From the NCBI RefSeq assembly GCF_006345805.1, contig NC_043001.1, positions 63,178,001-63,242,000 of the forward strand: DNA of 64,000 nt, read 5' to 3'. This document shows, piece after piece, positions 48,500 to 61,367 of the stretch. Position numbers and translations under genes: made by a program. This DNA comes from Octopus sinensis (taxonomy: Eukaryota). The notes under the pieces are model-generated. The model was not told the origin of the DNA. It saw only the letters and a list, made by a program, of their open reading frames with translations, and made no database searches. Each line of letters begins with the position of its first letter. The first letter of the stretch is position 1.

Positions 48500-51400
48500 A
48501 AATTTGCATTATTTCTACTAATAACATACAAACACACACACAGATAACCATAGTCACAAGGACACGAATAAAAATTGTGTCATGGGGGTCACGATGTAGA
48601 ATAAAGTTGAATGCAACAGAATTCTTGGACAGGGAGTCAGCAGACTTGAAACAGAAAACACTACTTGTAGGAACAAAAATAACAACCACAACAGAGGGAA
48701 TGACAGGGACCAACAGACAGACATAAGAACCAACACTAATACGAACAACACATACACTAGAAACAGGAACAGTGAGAATATCACTAGCGATAATCAGAAT
48801 GATAGCAATAATGGCAATGGTAGGAATAACAGTAATAGCAATAATAGTGGTAGTAGTAGTAGTGGTGGTGGTGGTAACAGTAGAAGTAGTAATGATGGTA
48901 GTAGTGATAGTTATGGTGGTAATAGTAATAATAGTAGTAGTGGTGATAATGATAGTGGTAATGGTGGCAATTGTGGTGATAGGGTTGATGATGGGAACAG
49001 TAACGACAGAAATAGTAGTAACGATAATGAAGAAGATAACCCTAGAAGGGCCATTAACTTGTATATCCACCCCTTTGACACTCAATTCTTCAACATATGT
49101 GACAAATCTTATAACATGAGCTGGATTTATCCAACAACATTACCCTTCAACAAAAGGGCCTACATCCCAAGACATACTAATGACCATATGGAAGCACAGT
49201 TCACTATAGCTAGGACCAGACTTAGACAGATTTTAGAACTATACACTAAGAGACAGAGACAGAATAAGACAGACGTCCAACAACTCGGGATTAAACCCGC
49301 ATGTGGCCTACGTAAGCTCATTCAGCGCACGAGGAACAGAGAGGTGGTATGCCTTCCCACAGATAAGTCCGGCAGGATGTCAGTAGACAGCTTACCAAAC
49401 TACATCCAGGCAATGCAACCTCATATCGCCAATATGAAAGTAACAACTTTACAGGCACATGAGGAGAGAGAACAGGTACTCAACGCCCACATGATGATGT
49501 GGACAATTGGTCTGGGACCCCAGAAACGCACAGCCTACAAATTCCAAGCCTGGAACAATGATATCCCGGCACTGTATGGACTTCGCAAGGACCATAAAGT
49601 AACCACTGACCTTATAGCAGGACCACTAACAAGATCAGTCTGTGGAGTGCATATTGCTAGCAACTACAGAATCTCCTACTTCCTCTCAATGATCATACGC
49701 CCTATAATCCGGATATCATCTGATGTTTGTGACAGCATGGAAGATCTCCTCAGCAGGATCAATGATTGTAACAACACTTGCGACCTGACAGGATGTATGG
49801 TGGGTAGCATGGATGTGGTATCCCTATACCCATCGATCGACATGGATTTTGCAGTGGAGAAGTGTGTGGAGATGATCAGCGAGAGCCAGGTGGAGTTCCG
49901 CAATGTCAACACAGAAGAACTGGGCCTCCTACTTAGACTGACATGTGACAACGAATACCTAGATAAACATAATCTTAGTAGTTTCTGCCCCAATAGACAT
50001 TTAAGAGGTAGACCACCTACAATTACTTCTATGGCTAGGAAGACCCATATAGAGAGATGGAGCGGATGGACCAGAGCCATACGGATCCCCACAAATGTCC
50101 ATCAGGTAAAGAAAATGATTGCACATGCACTAGGAGCTAGTATAAGAGTTACCCTAAAAGGCCACACGTTTAAGTTTAATAATAAAATATATGCCCAAGA
50201 CGAGGGGGCAGCCATCAGCGTTAGTATCGCTGGTGATGTGGCCAACCTTTTCATGGTATGGTGGGACAGAAGGCTTAAAGAACGCCTAACACAGAACTCC
50301 ATACTTGTGAACATGTACTCTCGCTATGTTGATGATATCAACATAGTGGTAAATGCACCCCCACAAGAAAGTACTGTTGAAATAGAAATAGAAACTAATT
50401 CTATGGAGAGCATCCAGCAAATAGCTAACTCCATCCACCAGAGTATTAAGGTCACAATAGACTACCCCACTAAACACCCCAACCATAGACTACCAGTACT
50501 AGACACAGAACTCTGGCTAGAAACTGTGAATAATAAAACCCAAATCCTTCATTCGTACTATGCCAAACCTATGGCCTCCAAATACTTGATCCACCGGAAC
50601 TCAGCCATTGTGGACAATGCCAAATTCAATATTTTGATGGCAGACCTCATCAGAATAATGCGAAATGTGTCCCGCATGTGCGAGCCTACAGAGTTAAAGA
50701 AACAGATACAACATTTCATTCACCGCATGCAGTTCTCAGGTTACAGCCATAAAGAAAGGATCAGAGTATATAAAGGAGCCATGAAGAAATTTGATAATAT
50801 GTTATGTAATGATAGGATGGGATTTGCCCACTCTATAGGAGCAAGTCATGGAACACTATAGAAAGGACAAAAAAGAAAATAGGGAAGGCCAGCTCTTGGT
50901 ATGATAGCTATAAATACCTGAGTGTCATGTTCATTGACACCACCCCTAGAGGTGAACTGGCATACCGCTTTAGAAGGACCCTAGACAAACTTAAGCTAAG
51001 GATTAAGGTTGTTGAAAAGTCAGGCAACCCTATCAAATCCATAATCGGTAGAACCTACCCTTTTAGTAGAACCCCCTGTACGGATAGGTACTGTACTGTG
51101 TGTAGATTTAGCCCACAAACAAACTGTAAAGCCAGAAATGTAGTCTATAGTATAAGATGTATAGAGGGACAATGCAGTAACAAGACGACGACATACGTAG
51201 GGGAAACAGCAAGAAGCATAGGAGAGCAGGTAAATGAATATTGGAGACAACTCAAGGAAGGTAAAAACTCATCGATTCTGTACCAACATGCCGAACAGGA
51301 ACACGGGGGATCAATCAACAACATAGAGGTTAAAATCTCGTCCACACATAGAACAGATGCAACAATCAGACAAATTACAGAAGCTACACACATAATAGAA

Positions 51401-51560
51401 GATAAACCTAGCCTGAATAGGAAACTGGAATGGAACACTAGCACACACCACAACATATGACAGAAGAGGATCCCCATAAACTGGTTACAATATAAACAAA
51501 ATACCGAAAACATAATAAATAAAATACACAGATAAATAAACAAATAGAAATAAATAACTA
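48500..51560 (+). mobile_element. Penelope-like element, Naiad-type, near intact (RT + C-terminal GIY-YIG)
   Basis: Frame open 48600-50861; LPTDKSG, LYGLRKDHK, MDVVSLYPSI, GAAISVSIAGDVANLFMVWWD, RYVDD; one frameshift near 50820; PC..CTVC..C..VVYSIRC..YVGETARS. The PLE call is strong; the Naiad subclade call comes from recalled motifs. Confidence 0.85.
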
Positions 51561-51669
51561 TATAGGTTTTTTTTTAAAATTAAAAAAATAAAAAAAAATT
51601 TTTTTAAATGTTTTATTATTATTATTATTGTTATTACTAGTATTGTTGTTATACATACATACATACAAG

Positions 51670-52835
51670 CATCATCATCATCATCATCATTTAACGTCCG
51701 CTTTCCATGCTAGCATGGGTTGGACGGTTCAACTGGGGTCTGGGGAGCCCGAAAGCTGCACCAGTCCAGTCAGATCTGGCAGTGTTTCTACAGCTGGATG
51801 CCCTTCCTAACGCCAACCACTCCGAGAGTGTAGTGGGTGATTTTATGTGCCACCGACACAGGTGCCAGACGAGGCTGGCAAACGGCCACGCTCGGATGAT
51901 GTTTTTTATGTGCCACCGACACAGGTGCCAGACGAGGCTGGCAGACGGCCACGTTCGGATGGTGTTTTTATGTGCCACCGACACAGGTGCCAGATGAGGC
52001 TGGCAAACGGCCACGATCGGATGGTGCTTGTTACGTGCCCACAGCACGGAGGCCAGTCGATGCGGTACTGGCTACGGCCACGTTCGGATGGTTTTCTTGT
52101 GTGCCACGTGCCACCGGCACTGGTACCACAAAGATACAAATTCCATTGATGTTCATCTATTTTGATTTGTTTTGATTTGATTTTCACTTGCCTCAACAGG
52201 TCTTCACAAGTGTCACAAGAAGGAAGGTATGCACAGGTGGACTGACTACGTCCCAGGTAGGGGCCATGGGTTATGGCCTGACTAGTCTTGCCGGGTCTTC
52301 GGATGGTGTTTTTATGTGCCACCGACACAGGTGCTAGATGAGGCTGGCGAACGGCCACGATCGGATGGTGTTTGTCATGTGCCCACCGCACTGACTACAG
52401 CACTGATGGATTTCTTGTGTGCCACAGGCACTGGTACCACAAGATACAAATTCCATTGATGTTCATCTATTTTGTCTATTTTGATTTGATTTGATTTGAT
52501 TTGATTTTCACTTGCCTCAACCGGTCTTCACAAGTGTCACAAGAAGGAAGGTATGCACAGGTGGACTGACTAGTCTTGCCGGGTCTTCGGAAGGTGTTTT
52601 TATGTGCCACCGACACAGGTGCCAGATGAGGCTGGCGAACGGCCATGATCGGATGGTGTTTGTTACGTGCCCACAGCACGGAGGCCGGTCGATGCGGAAC
52701 TGGCTACGGCCACGTTCGGATGGTTCTCATGTGTGCCACCGGCACTGGTACCACAAAGTGTGTGCCACCGGCACTGGTACCACAAAGATACAGATTCCAT
52801 TGATGTTCATCTATTTTGATTTGTTTTGATTTTCA
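51670..52835 (-). repeat. Young RTE 3' UTR copy with expanded ~59-bp tandem units and a higher-order block duplication
   Basis: gtgccaccgacacaggtgccagacgaggctggcaaacggccacg x3 (51841-52020); ~320-bp blocks repeated at 52190 and 52515. Confidence 0.85.
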
Positions 52836-53317
52836 CTGATTTTGAAGCATACGTAATAATAATAATAATGATAATAATAGTAATAATAAGTGGATGTAAA
52901 CATGAACAAAATTAAAAAAAAAGAATAAACAAAAACAAATTACATGGACGTATATAAACAGAAGATACAAATATTACAGGCATTCCCCCCCACACACACA
53001 TACACACTAACTAAACATAGACGCACATAGAGATATACGCATGCGCAAATGAAGACACATACAATAGAAATCCAAAATGGCTGACAGTGGAGAGAGACAC
53101 AAATAAGAAAGAAGAAAGCAAAGGACCACTGGGCCAAAATAAGATTAAGGTTAATGTAAAAAATAAATAACACCAAATATATAGTGCGTGTGTTTTTATT
53201 GGCTAAACTGGCAAAATGACCATTCCGAAATACAACAATGTCTGTTTCAACGCACGACTTCACATAAAAAATCTTGCACAACAAATATATAATCTACTAA
53301 TATTATTATTATTATTA

Positions 53318-53995
53318 AGGTAGTGAGCTGGCAGAATCGTTAGTGTGCTGGACGAAATGCTTTGTAGTATTTTGTTTACCGTTACCTTCTGAGTTCAAAT
53401 TCTACCAGTCAACTTTGCCTTTCATCCTATCGGGATCGATTAAATAAGTACCAGTTATGCACTGGGGTTGATGTAATCCACTTAATCCCTTCCCCCATAT
53501 TAGAGGCCTTGTGCTTCCAGTAGAAAGAATTATTATTATTATTTAAGTTGGCAAGCTGGCAGAATCATTACCATGAAAGGCAAAATGTTTAGCAGTAGTT
53601 CATCCATATTTACACTCTGAATTTAAATTCTGCTGGGTTCATCTTTACCTTTCATCTTTTCAGGTTTGATAAAATAAGTCATAGTTGAGCACTGGGGTTG
53701 ATGTAATCAACTCACCCAACTCCCTGCATTTGCTGTCCTTGTGCCAAAAGTTTGAAACCATTATTCTTTTATTCTTTTACTTGTTTCAGTCATTTGACTG
53801 TGGTCATGCTGGAGCACCACCTTTTAGTTGAAGAAATCGATCCCAGGACTTATTCTTTGTAAGCTTGGTACTTATTCTATTGGTCTCTTTTGCTGAACTG
53901 CTAAGTTACAGGAACCGCTAAGTTACACACCAAGATCAGTTGTCAAACGATGGTAGGAGGACAAAAAAAGACACACAAACATAAATATATATACA
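53318..53995. mobile_element. SINE cluster: two family B copies (+, 53318-53530, 53548-53760) and a family A tail (-, 53765-53995)
   Basis: Matches to other in-window copies; separated by (TTA)n. Confidence 0.82.
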
Positions 53996-54002
53996 TATAT
54001 AT

Positions 54003-54506
54003 ATTACATGGAAAAATGCGAGCATGAAAAGTCATATTCTTAAGATTATAAACCTGGAAAAGTACTGGACAAGTTATTACACCTGTAAAAGTATAGGACA
54101 AGCTATTACTTCTAGTAAAGTAAAGAATAAGAAATTTTTTACTTAAAATATTGCAGCAAAGAATACCAGTTCTTCTAATTTATCACTCTTTACAGTTCTC
54201 ATCTTTTAAATTTATTATACGAAATTGTTCAGCTAATTAGTCATGTTTTTCTATATTTGAGGTAGTAAATTAGGTAAATTCTAATTAAATAAGTAGAGTG
54301 TTATTTGAAAATTGATATAAAATAAGTTTTAATATTCAAATTTTAATTTTAGCTGCAATATTTTAAGTAAAACGTTTTTTATTCTTTACTTTACTAGAAG
54401 TAATAGGTTGTCCTATACTTTTACAGGTGTAATAACTTGTCCAGTACTTTTCCAGGTTTATAATTTTAAGAATATTACTTTTCATGCTCACATTTTTCCA
54501 TGTAAT
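54003..54506. mobile_element. MITE with ~150-bp TIRs
   Basis: attacatggaaaaatgcgagcatgaaaag...aaacctggaaaagtactggacaag / cttgtccagtacttttccaggttt...cttttcatgctcacatttttccatgtaat. Confidence 0.88.
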
Positions 54507-55429
54507 CCATGATTTTTCCAGGCATTGCTGATATAAGATAAATAATAATGTGTCAATTAATAATTTAAGATTTTACCTTATAAAATACTGAAAAATAATA
54601 TCACCCATCCACACCAAATTAATGGCAGCGATTTTACCATGTTATTAGTTGCACCATGGCTCATCAAAAGCTACAAACAACAAAACCTCAAAACCATCAG
54701 TTACCAGGCTCACCTTAAGTAACCTAATTTTGCAATATTAGGAGGTCACAAGAAATTCATTCAATGAAAATAAAAGAAATTTCCTCTGATTCCGGGATTG
54801 GGGAAGAGGAACCCTCCACTTCATTTTTTACAAAACAAAATAAGGGATTTGCAGCATATTAGGAGGTCAGGTACTCGATGCCACACAAAAAATCAAATCT
54901 TTTTTTTTTTTGTATTAGTGAAAATCGTGCAGATGTTAATATAGAAATTGACCATAATGTTGTTATTTAACCTCAAATCAACCCTGATATTGCAAACCTA
55001 TCATCAAAGACATTCCTGCCTTCACCAAACTGTCTTTTTAGGGATAATCTAGGACATAACATACAATGGGCGTGTGATTTAGGTAGGGGATACTTTGGCT
55101 GCTATTTTTAGTGTGTTGAGTGACCAGGTAGAGACTCTTTCATTGGTTCGATTGTGTAATGAGCTATTTTTACACATATGTGTATTATTTGTATATATCA
55201 TCAACAGAAATTAGAGAGTAAGTCGAAAGCTGAGAGTTTCATGTATTGGCACTTATCAAACATGAATTTGTCCATTGTCACTCTGTAACTTCTGTCGAAA
55301 TAACTGCTAAAATACAAAATTTTGTCAAAAACATTAAGAGTAAGCCCTGTTCTCTGTGACATATTCTACCAGTATCTGAAGTTTGTAAGTGTTTAGTTAA
55401 ACAAAAATTAATTAAGTAATCTGTATGTC

Positions 55430-56378
55430 AAAGTCAACCTCAGCAAAACTTGAACTCAAAAACGTAAAAACAGACGAAATACCATTAAGCATTTTGCCCG
55501 GCGCGCTAACGTTTCTGCTAGCTCACTGCCTTACAAAGTAAACATTCATTTTAGAAATACATTCTTTATTATTGTTGAAGTGTTACTCCCTTACTTACTG
55601 ACATGAAATTTCGTAACATTTTACTTCATAACTATTTTTCTACTAATTTTTGTTCAATGCGACTAGCGATTCTGAATTCCTCATTCATTTTTCTATCATT
55701 TAAGCCTAAGAAAGGTATACTTTTAATTTAAAATTTAAAAAATTATGTTAATTGAAGATGAATATCTGCCTTACTGTCCCCCTTGAGGTTGCAGATATTT
55801 TGATGTAACTTATTTCTACTGAACTAAATCTCAAACTATTTATCCCAAAGTGTAGCTTTTATTAACAGTTTGCAATTTAGTTGAGAACTGAATTACTGGT
55901 GAAGCTTGGAAGCTGCTGCAATTGACGAAATGGTGGAATTAAGAATATATTCAACCACTGATATGTATATATATACATACACAATGGGCTTCTTTTAGTT
56001 TCCATCTATCAAATCCACTCACAAGGCTTTGGTCAGCCCAAGGCTATAGCAGAAGACACTTGCCCAAAGTGTCACACAGTGGGACTGAACCTAGAACCAT
56101 GTGATTGGGAAGTAAGCTTCTGACCACACAGCCATTCCTGTGCCATAATAATAATAATAATTAATAATAATAATAAAAGCATTAGTGTGCTGGGGAAAAT
56201 GCCTAGCAGCACTTTGTCCCTCTTTATGTTCTGAGTTTCAATTCCACTGAAGTCAACTTTACTTTTCATCCTTTGATAAAATAAGTACCAGCTGAGCACT
56301 GGAGTCAATGTAATTAACTTACCTGCTCCCTCGAAATTGTTGGCCTTGTACCAAAATTTGAAACCATTATTATTTTGG
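55430..56378. mobile_element. SINE fragments: family B (-, 55430-55530), family A head (-, 55965-56140), family B (+, 56190-56378)
   Basis: Matches to other in-window copies. Confidence 0.75.
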
Positions 56379-56449
56379 TTTGTCACAGATTCAGTGTTAT
56401 TCCTGGTAGGGATTATGTGGATAGTGGATTACTAACTGTAGTCTTGGGT

Positions 56450-58930
56450 ATTCAGTCTTTCAAGTGCTTAGGACCCACCTGATAATCCTTGTTGTCCCTA
56501 AGAGACAAACTTTCTGTTGGGGCTCTACTGGGCATTCTATTTCAATCTCCCTCAGTCATTTGTCTGTATCTTGAATTATTAATCCCAGTGCACCAATTAT
56601 TATAGGTGCAATCTTTACTGTTTGCATGCTTCAAATTCTTCCTATTTCAAATATTAGGGGATTATATTTTTTTTAGAAAATTACTATTTTTTAATCTCAC
56701 ATTGTGAGATTCCTGGTAATGATTTTTTTGTTTTTCTTCCTCTTTCTTTACAATCATGGAATCAAATGGGCATGATGGGCCAATAAATAAGCAACTTCAT
56801 TTTTCCTTGTCTATGATTGTAATATCTTGTTTATTATTTTCTAATTTCTTGTCTGTTTGAATTGGAAAGTCCCACAAAATTTTACATTTTTCTGACTCTA
56901 GTATTCTTTTGACTCGATGATTGTACCATGTATTTCCAGTTTTAAATTCCCATTTCTGGCACAGTTTCCAGTGTAAAACTTTTACAACCTGGTTCTGCCT
57001 CCATTTCTTATATTTTTCCTGTGCCAACTTGGGCCATTCTTCCACAATGTGTGCCACTGTCTCATTCCAAGTATCAAAGGCTCTACATTTTTCTGACACA
57101 TTCTCTCCATATATATTTTTTTCTTAAGTTGTTTGTTTTTATTGCTTGATCTTGGGCTACTACGATTGGGTTCTCTGTTTCTTTTAATTCCCCCTTTTTT
57201 AATCCAGCTCAGGATTTTGTTCGACATACGTCTTAAGTGACTCTCCAAAATTGGCCATGCAGAGGTTTCTCTTTGTATTTCCTTCTTGTCCTTTTCTCCT
57301 ATTACATGCTTCAGCACCTGTTCTTTATTAACTGCCTTTAGTAGTTTTTCTGTGCTGCTCTGTAAGTACTCTACAAGGCTTTTTCTTTCCATCTGTACAC
57401 ATTCTTCTATTGCTATTAAACCTCTTCCACCCTGGTCTCTCCTGAATTACAGCCGGTTAATATCAGCTTTTGGATGGTGGGCTCCATATATTGTCAGCAA
57501 CTTCCTAGTTTTTCTGTCAAGTTTCTTTATTTTGTTTGTGGTCCAGTCTATTATTCCAACTCCATATCTGATTAAGTACTGCTCTTGAATTTATTGCTTC
57601 AATGAGATTTTTGGAATTCAGCTTTGATTGCAGTAATTTTCTGACTCTCCTAGTGTACTCTCTACTGGTAATTTGCTTCATTTCTTCATCTTTTATCTCA
57701 TCTGCTTCCTGTATTCCCAAGTACTTATACCATTGTCTTTTCTTAATCACTCTTATTGTTTGCCCATTTGACAATACAATTCCCTGGCTTCTTTCAAATT
57801 TTCCTTGATTCATTTTCAATATAGCACACCTCTCTATCTCAAATTCCATAATTATATCATTTGAGAAAATGCAGATAGTATGTACAAGACTTTCAAGTTG
57901 TTTCTCATTTTTTTTGCATATCATCCATGAAAAGTAGATGATTTATCTGATCATTTCCTTTTCCCAATTCATAAGCAATATTCACTTTTTGTAGTATCAT
58001 AGCAAGCGGTATCATTGCCAGTATGAATGGCAATGGAGATAAGCGATCACCTTGGAATATTCTACATCTGATGTTCACTTTTCTGAGTTTTTGTTTTCCT
58101 CTAATCAATTCTGTTTTCCAATGTTTCATGCTTTCATGTAAGTATCATGTCATATACTTTCCACCTTTGTTAGTCACTCCACACCTTCATGTCTCACTGG
58201 CCTGTTCCACAGCCTTCCCCCAAATTCTTTACTTTCTTCTGCATCTGGAATCATTCCTGGTGTTGGCTTCCCTCTATTTCCTCAAATAGATACCTTCTAT
58301 TTGATTGGAAGAGTCTATTCTGTTTGGAACCTTTGTATCTTGTATCATATCTTTTTAATTTGGCCTTTAACGCTGTCACCTTTTGAGTCAATTTTTCATG
58401 TGGTGTTTGTTTTCTCATTTCTTCTAACTTGTACTGACCATTCAATTTTCTGATTACTGCCTCATTATCCTATTCAATCGTCCCAGTTCTTTCCATGTTT
58501 TTTCCGGCTTCATTTGTATTCTCATCCTCCAGTTTGGTTCTTTCTTTTCATTTCCCTTTATATCTTCAGTTTTTCGCTTGTAGCCTACTATGTTAGCTAC
58601 GACATGAGCAGCAGCTATGATTAACTGGTTTGTTTCACTGATGTTTTCTATTTTAATGAAGCTTAAAACGTCATTTATTTTGCCTGTGGTTTTCCTCACT
58701 TGTTTTCTGTCAATATATCTTATATTTGGTAGTACTTCATTGATCCCATCAGTCATTTTACCTCTCAACATTTCTAAAATCTCCTCTTCATCATTCAAGT
58801 CTTGTGCAGTACTTACTGTCATTTGCAGATCGTCTTCATTAGTTACTTTATTAGTATTCGCTGGTACTCTGTGGTTTCCATCTGTTTCATGTTTCCATCT
58901 CTTTATCATCATCATCATCATTGTCATTTT
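56450..58930 (-). mobile_element. R4/Dong-clade LINE (RT, CCHC, RLE endonuclease), decayed
   Basis: IFQGDRLSPL, HLLFMDD, YKYLGIQE, KCR..ETVAHI..PKLAQ, KILWDFPIQTDKK..KQDITIIDK, IIIGALG. Confidence 0.85.
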
Positions 58931-59099
58931 TACTTTTAATCTGCATGTTTGTTACAGTCACTTGCCAAAACACACCCAGTGTTTTGGGGCAATTGAAGGA
59001 TAAGATGTGATAATATGATGTAGTGAAATGTCTTCATGTTAGTTAGTTAGTTAGTTAGTTAATTTGGCTCAAAAGCAAATAGCAAGGCCATGTAATATA

Positions 59100-59692
59100 A
59101 CACAGGCATTTAAATGGATAGGGGTTTTTTCTAAGGATGTGGGTAGTACTTGTCAGCACAATCTTTTGGATTTCTCAGAGATATGGTTCTCCTAGGATCT
59201 TATCTAGATGTTTCTCACATCCATTTTTTTATCGTACCTAGGGCACCTACAATAACAGGAACAGTTCTCACTTTAAGATGCCACATCTTTTGTATTTCAG
59301 TTTCCAGGTCCCTATATTTACTTAGTTTGTCAAATTCCTTGACAGATATATTTCTGTCTGTGGGAACACTTACATCTACACTTACATGTCTTTAATTATG
59401 CCTGGTTGATTATCCTGGATCGTTCTGTCAGTGTTGGGTGGAAAATCCCAGAGGATAGTGAGATTTTTACCTTCAACGACTGGCTCAGGATGATGTTCAT
59501 ACCAGTAAGCAGGAGTGCTGATTTTGTAGTGGTTACATATTTTCCAATGTAAATACTGTCCTACCCTGTCATGGTGATTTTTATATTTGTTTGGTGTCAG
59601 AACAGGACATCCCGAGACAGGATGATCTATTGTTTTGTCAATGTGTCACAGAATCTCCATTTAGGGTCAGAACCATTTTGAAGAACATTAGC
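59100..59692 (-). mobile_element. R4/Dong LINE 3' fragment, copy 2
   Basis: HDRVGQYLHWKIC..EHHPEPVV..ILWDF..KLSKYRDLE..VPVIVGALGTI. Confidence 0.85.
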
Positions 59693-59789
59693 CTGATGAT
59701 GATGATGATGACGCCGCCGCCGCCACTGCCGACCACCACCACTACCACCACCCTTCTTCTTCTTCTTCTTCTTCACTTGATTTCTTCTG

Positions 59790-60950
59790 ATTTATCTATG
59801 TCACATCTCAGCTCCATCCCACAGCTTAGAAGTGCAACACTTTTCTCAACACATTAGCTGTTCCAAGTATTGCTGCCAACTGAATACTTCCAATGAAGTT
59901 TGGTATTCGCAGCTTTTAATGCCAAAATATTGCTCTTTTTCAGATGGTCTCAAGCCCACCGATCACAATAGGTACCACACTCACTTTTGAGGCTCTCTGA
60001 ATTCTTTTCACTTCCAGTCCTAAGTCTTAGTACTATCCAACTTTCTTGTCTTTTTGTCTTCAGAATATTCTGAAATGCATGTCCATTCTTTAGACTCCTT
60101 TAGTAGGAGAGTGATATCTGGTTGGTTATATTGCAGCTTTTTGTCTGTGTATATTAGCATATTCCGTTTGAGTATCATCCAATCATTCTCTGCTACTGAT
60201 GAAGGTTGGTAATTATACCACTTGTTGGAACATTCTATCTCATAGTTCTTGTATGACTCCCAGTGTATTCACACTTCTACTTTGTCATGGCACTTTTGTA
60301 CTTCTTTTGGACTAGTTTTGAGCATCCGCTAAATTATATGTCTGATTGTCTCAGATAATTTTTCACATAGTCTACAGAAAAGTGATACTGCTGTCTTATC
60401 AATGCTACACTTGATTTCATTCTTAAAGCTTGTTCTTGAGCAATAAGAATCAGTCCTTCCATCTTCTTTAAAAAGCCATGTCTTAACCTTCTCCATGGTT
60501 CTTCATTAGCTTCATCCAGTGTTTGTTTGAAAAAGTTCTCTATGTAGGACCTATCTTTCCAATTGAGATAATTTCTCTATTAGTCCTCATATTGTACTCC
60601 TGGAGGATCTCACCTTTGTCACTGATCACCTCACTCGGTGCAGCCTGCAGCATTGTTTCATCATTATTCCTCAGACATTATTCCCCTATACAACACTATC
60701 TTCTTTTCCAACCAATCCCCTTCCCCCTTCCTAGGTTAGGAAAGCCTTGCTATGTTAATTCTAGCATGAAGGTACTCATGCATAGCCATTACCTTCCTAG
60801 TTTTTCTATCCATGTCGATCAGTTCTTCCTCTGCCCAGTCCACAACTCTTGCATAGTAATGTATCACACCTACAATCCACGTTTTGATGTCTCTAATCTG
60901 GTTCCTTCCATTCAGCTTGGATCTACATAGCATTTTAACTCTTCTAGTAT
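59790..60950 (-). mobile_element. R4/Dong LINE fragment, copy 3
   Basis: YTRRVKMLCRSKLNGRN..DMDRKTRKVM, LILAQEQA, CRLCEK..ETIRHIISGC, VPIVIGGLET. Confidence 0.8.
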
Positions 60951-60991
60951 ATATATTATTATTAGTAGTAGTATTGGTGTTATTATTATTA

Positions 60992-61205
60992 AGGTGGCAA
61001 GCTGGCAGAATTGTTAGCATGCTGGACAAAATGCTTAGTGGTATTTTGCCTGTTGCTACATTCTGAGTTCAAATTCCATCAAGGTTGACTTTACCTTTCA
61101 TCCTTTTGGAGGTCGATAAATTAAGTACCAGTTATGCACTGGTGTTGATGTAATCGATTAGTCCTCTCCCCTAAAATTTCAGGCCTTGTGCCTTTAGTAG
61201 AAAGG
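60992..61205 (+). mobile_element. Family B SINE ending about 60 bp before the exon G acceptor
   Basis: ggtggcaagctggcagaattgttagc...gccttgtgcctttagtagaaagg then (ATT)n. Confidence 0.85.
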
Positions 61206-61262
61206 ATTATTATTATTTTTGTTTTTAATAATTCTGTTGACTTTTGGTGTTCATTTCTGTAG

Positions 61263-61367
61263 GTTTATGCGACAATGCAGGACCAATTAAAGGAAGAACG
61301 TTCAAGCACAAATGATGAGAAAATGATGGCGCATATTAAGGAAATCGCTCAACAATTATACCTGAAT
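61263..61367 (+). CDS. SBF2: SBF orthologue exon G
   Basis: ctgtAG / GTaagt; VYATMQDQLKEERSSTNDEKMMAHIKEIAQQLYLN (cf. ...KMIKHVRELAEQLFKN); 105 nt, phase 0, follows exon F in the expected order. Confidence 0.88.

Noticed and set aside
48498-49119. Ile/Thr-rich (minus) and Val/Ile-rich (plus) membrane-like ORFs
   Set aside because: Alternative frames of the same trinucleotide tract; only the N/S/G frame connects to the RT.
48600-51560. Selenoprotein-type Naiad
   Set aside because: Some Naiads use in-frame UGA, but no internal in-frame TGA occurs in the RT frame here and I see no SECIS-like hairpin. The breaks are a TAG and a frameshift.
51841-52830. CRISPR-like regularly spaced repeats
   Set aside because: Units are adjacent tandem copies without unique spacers, there are no cas genes, and the context is a eukaryotic RTE 3' UTR.
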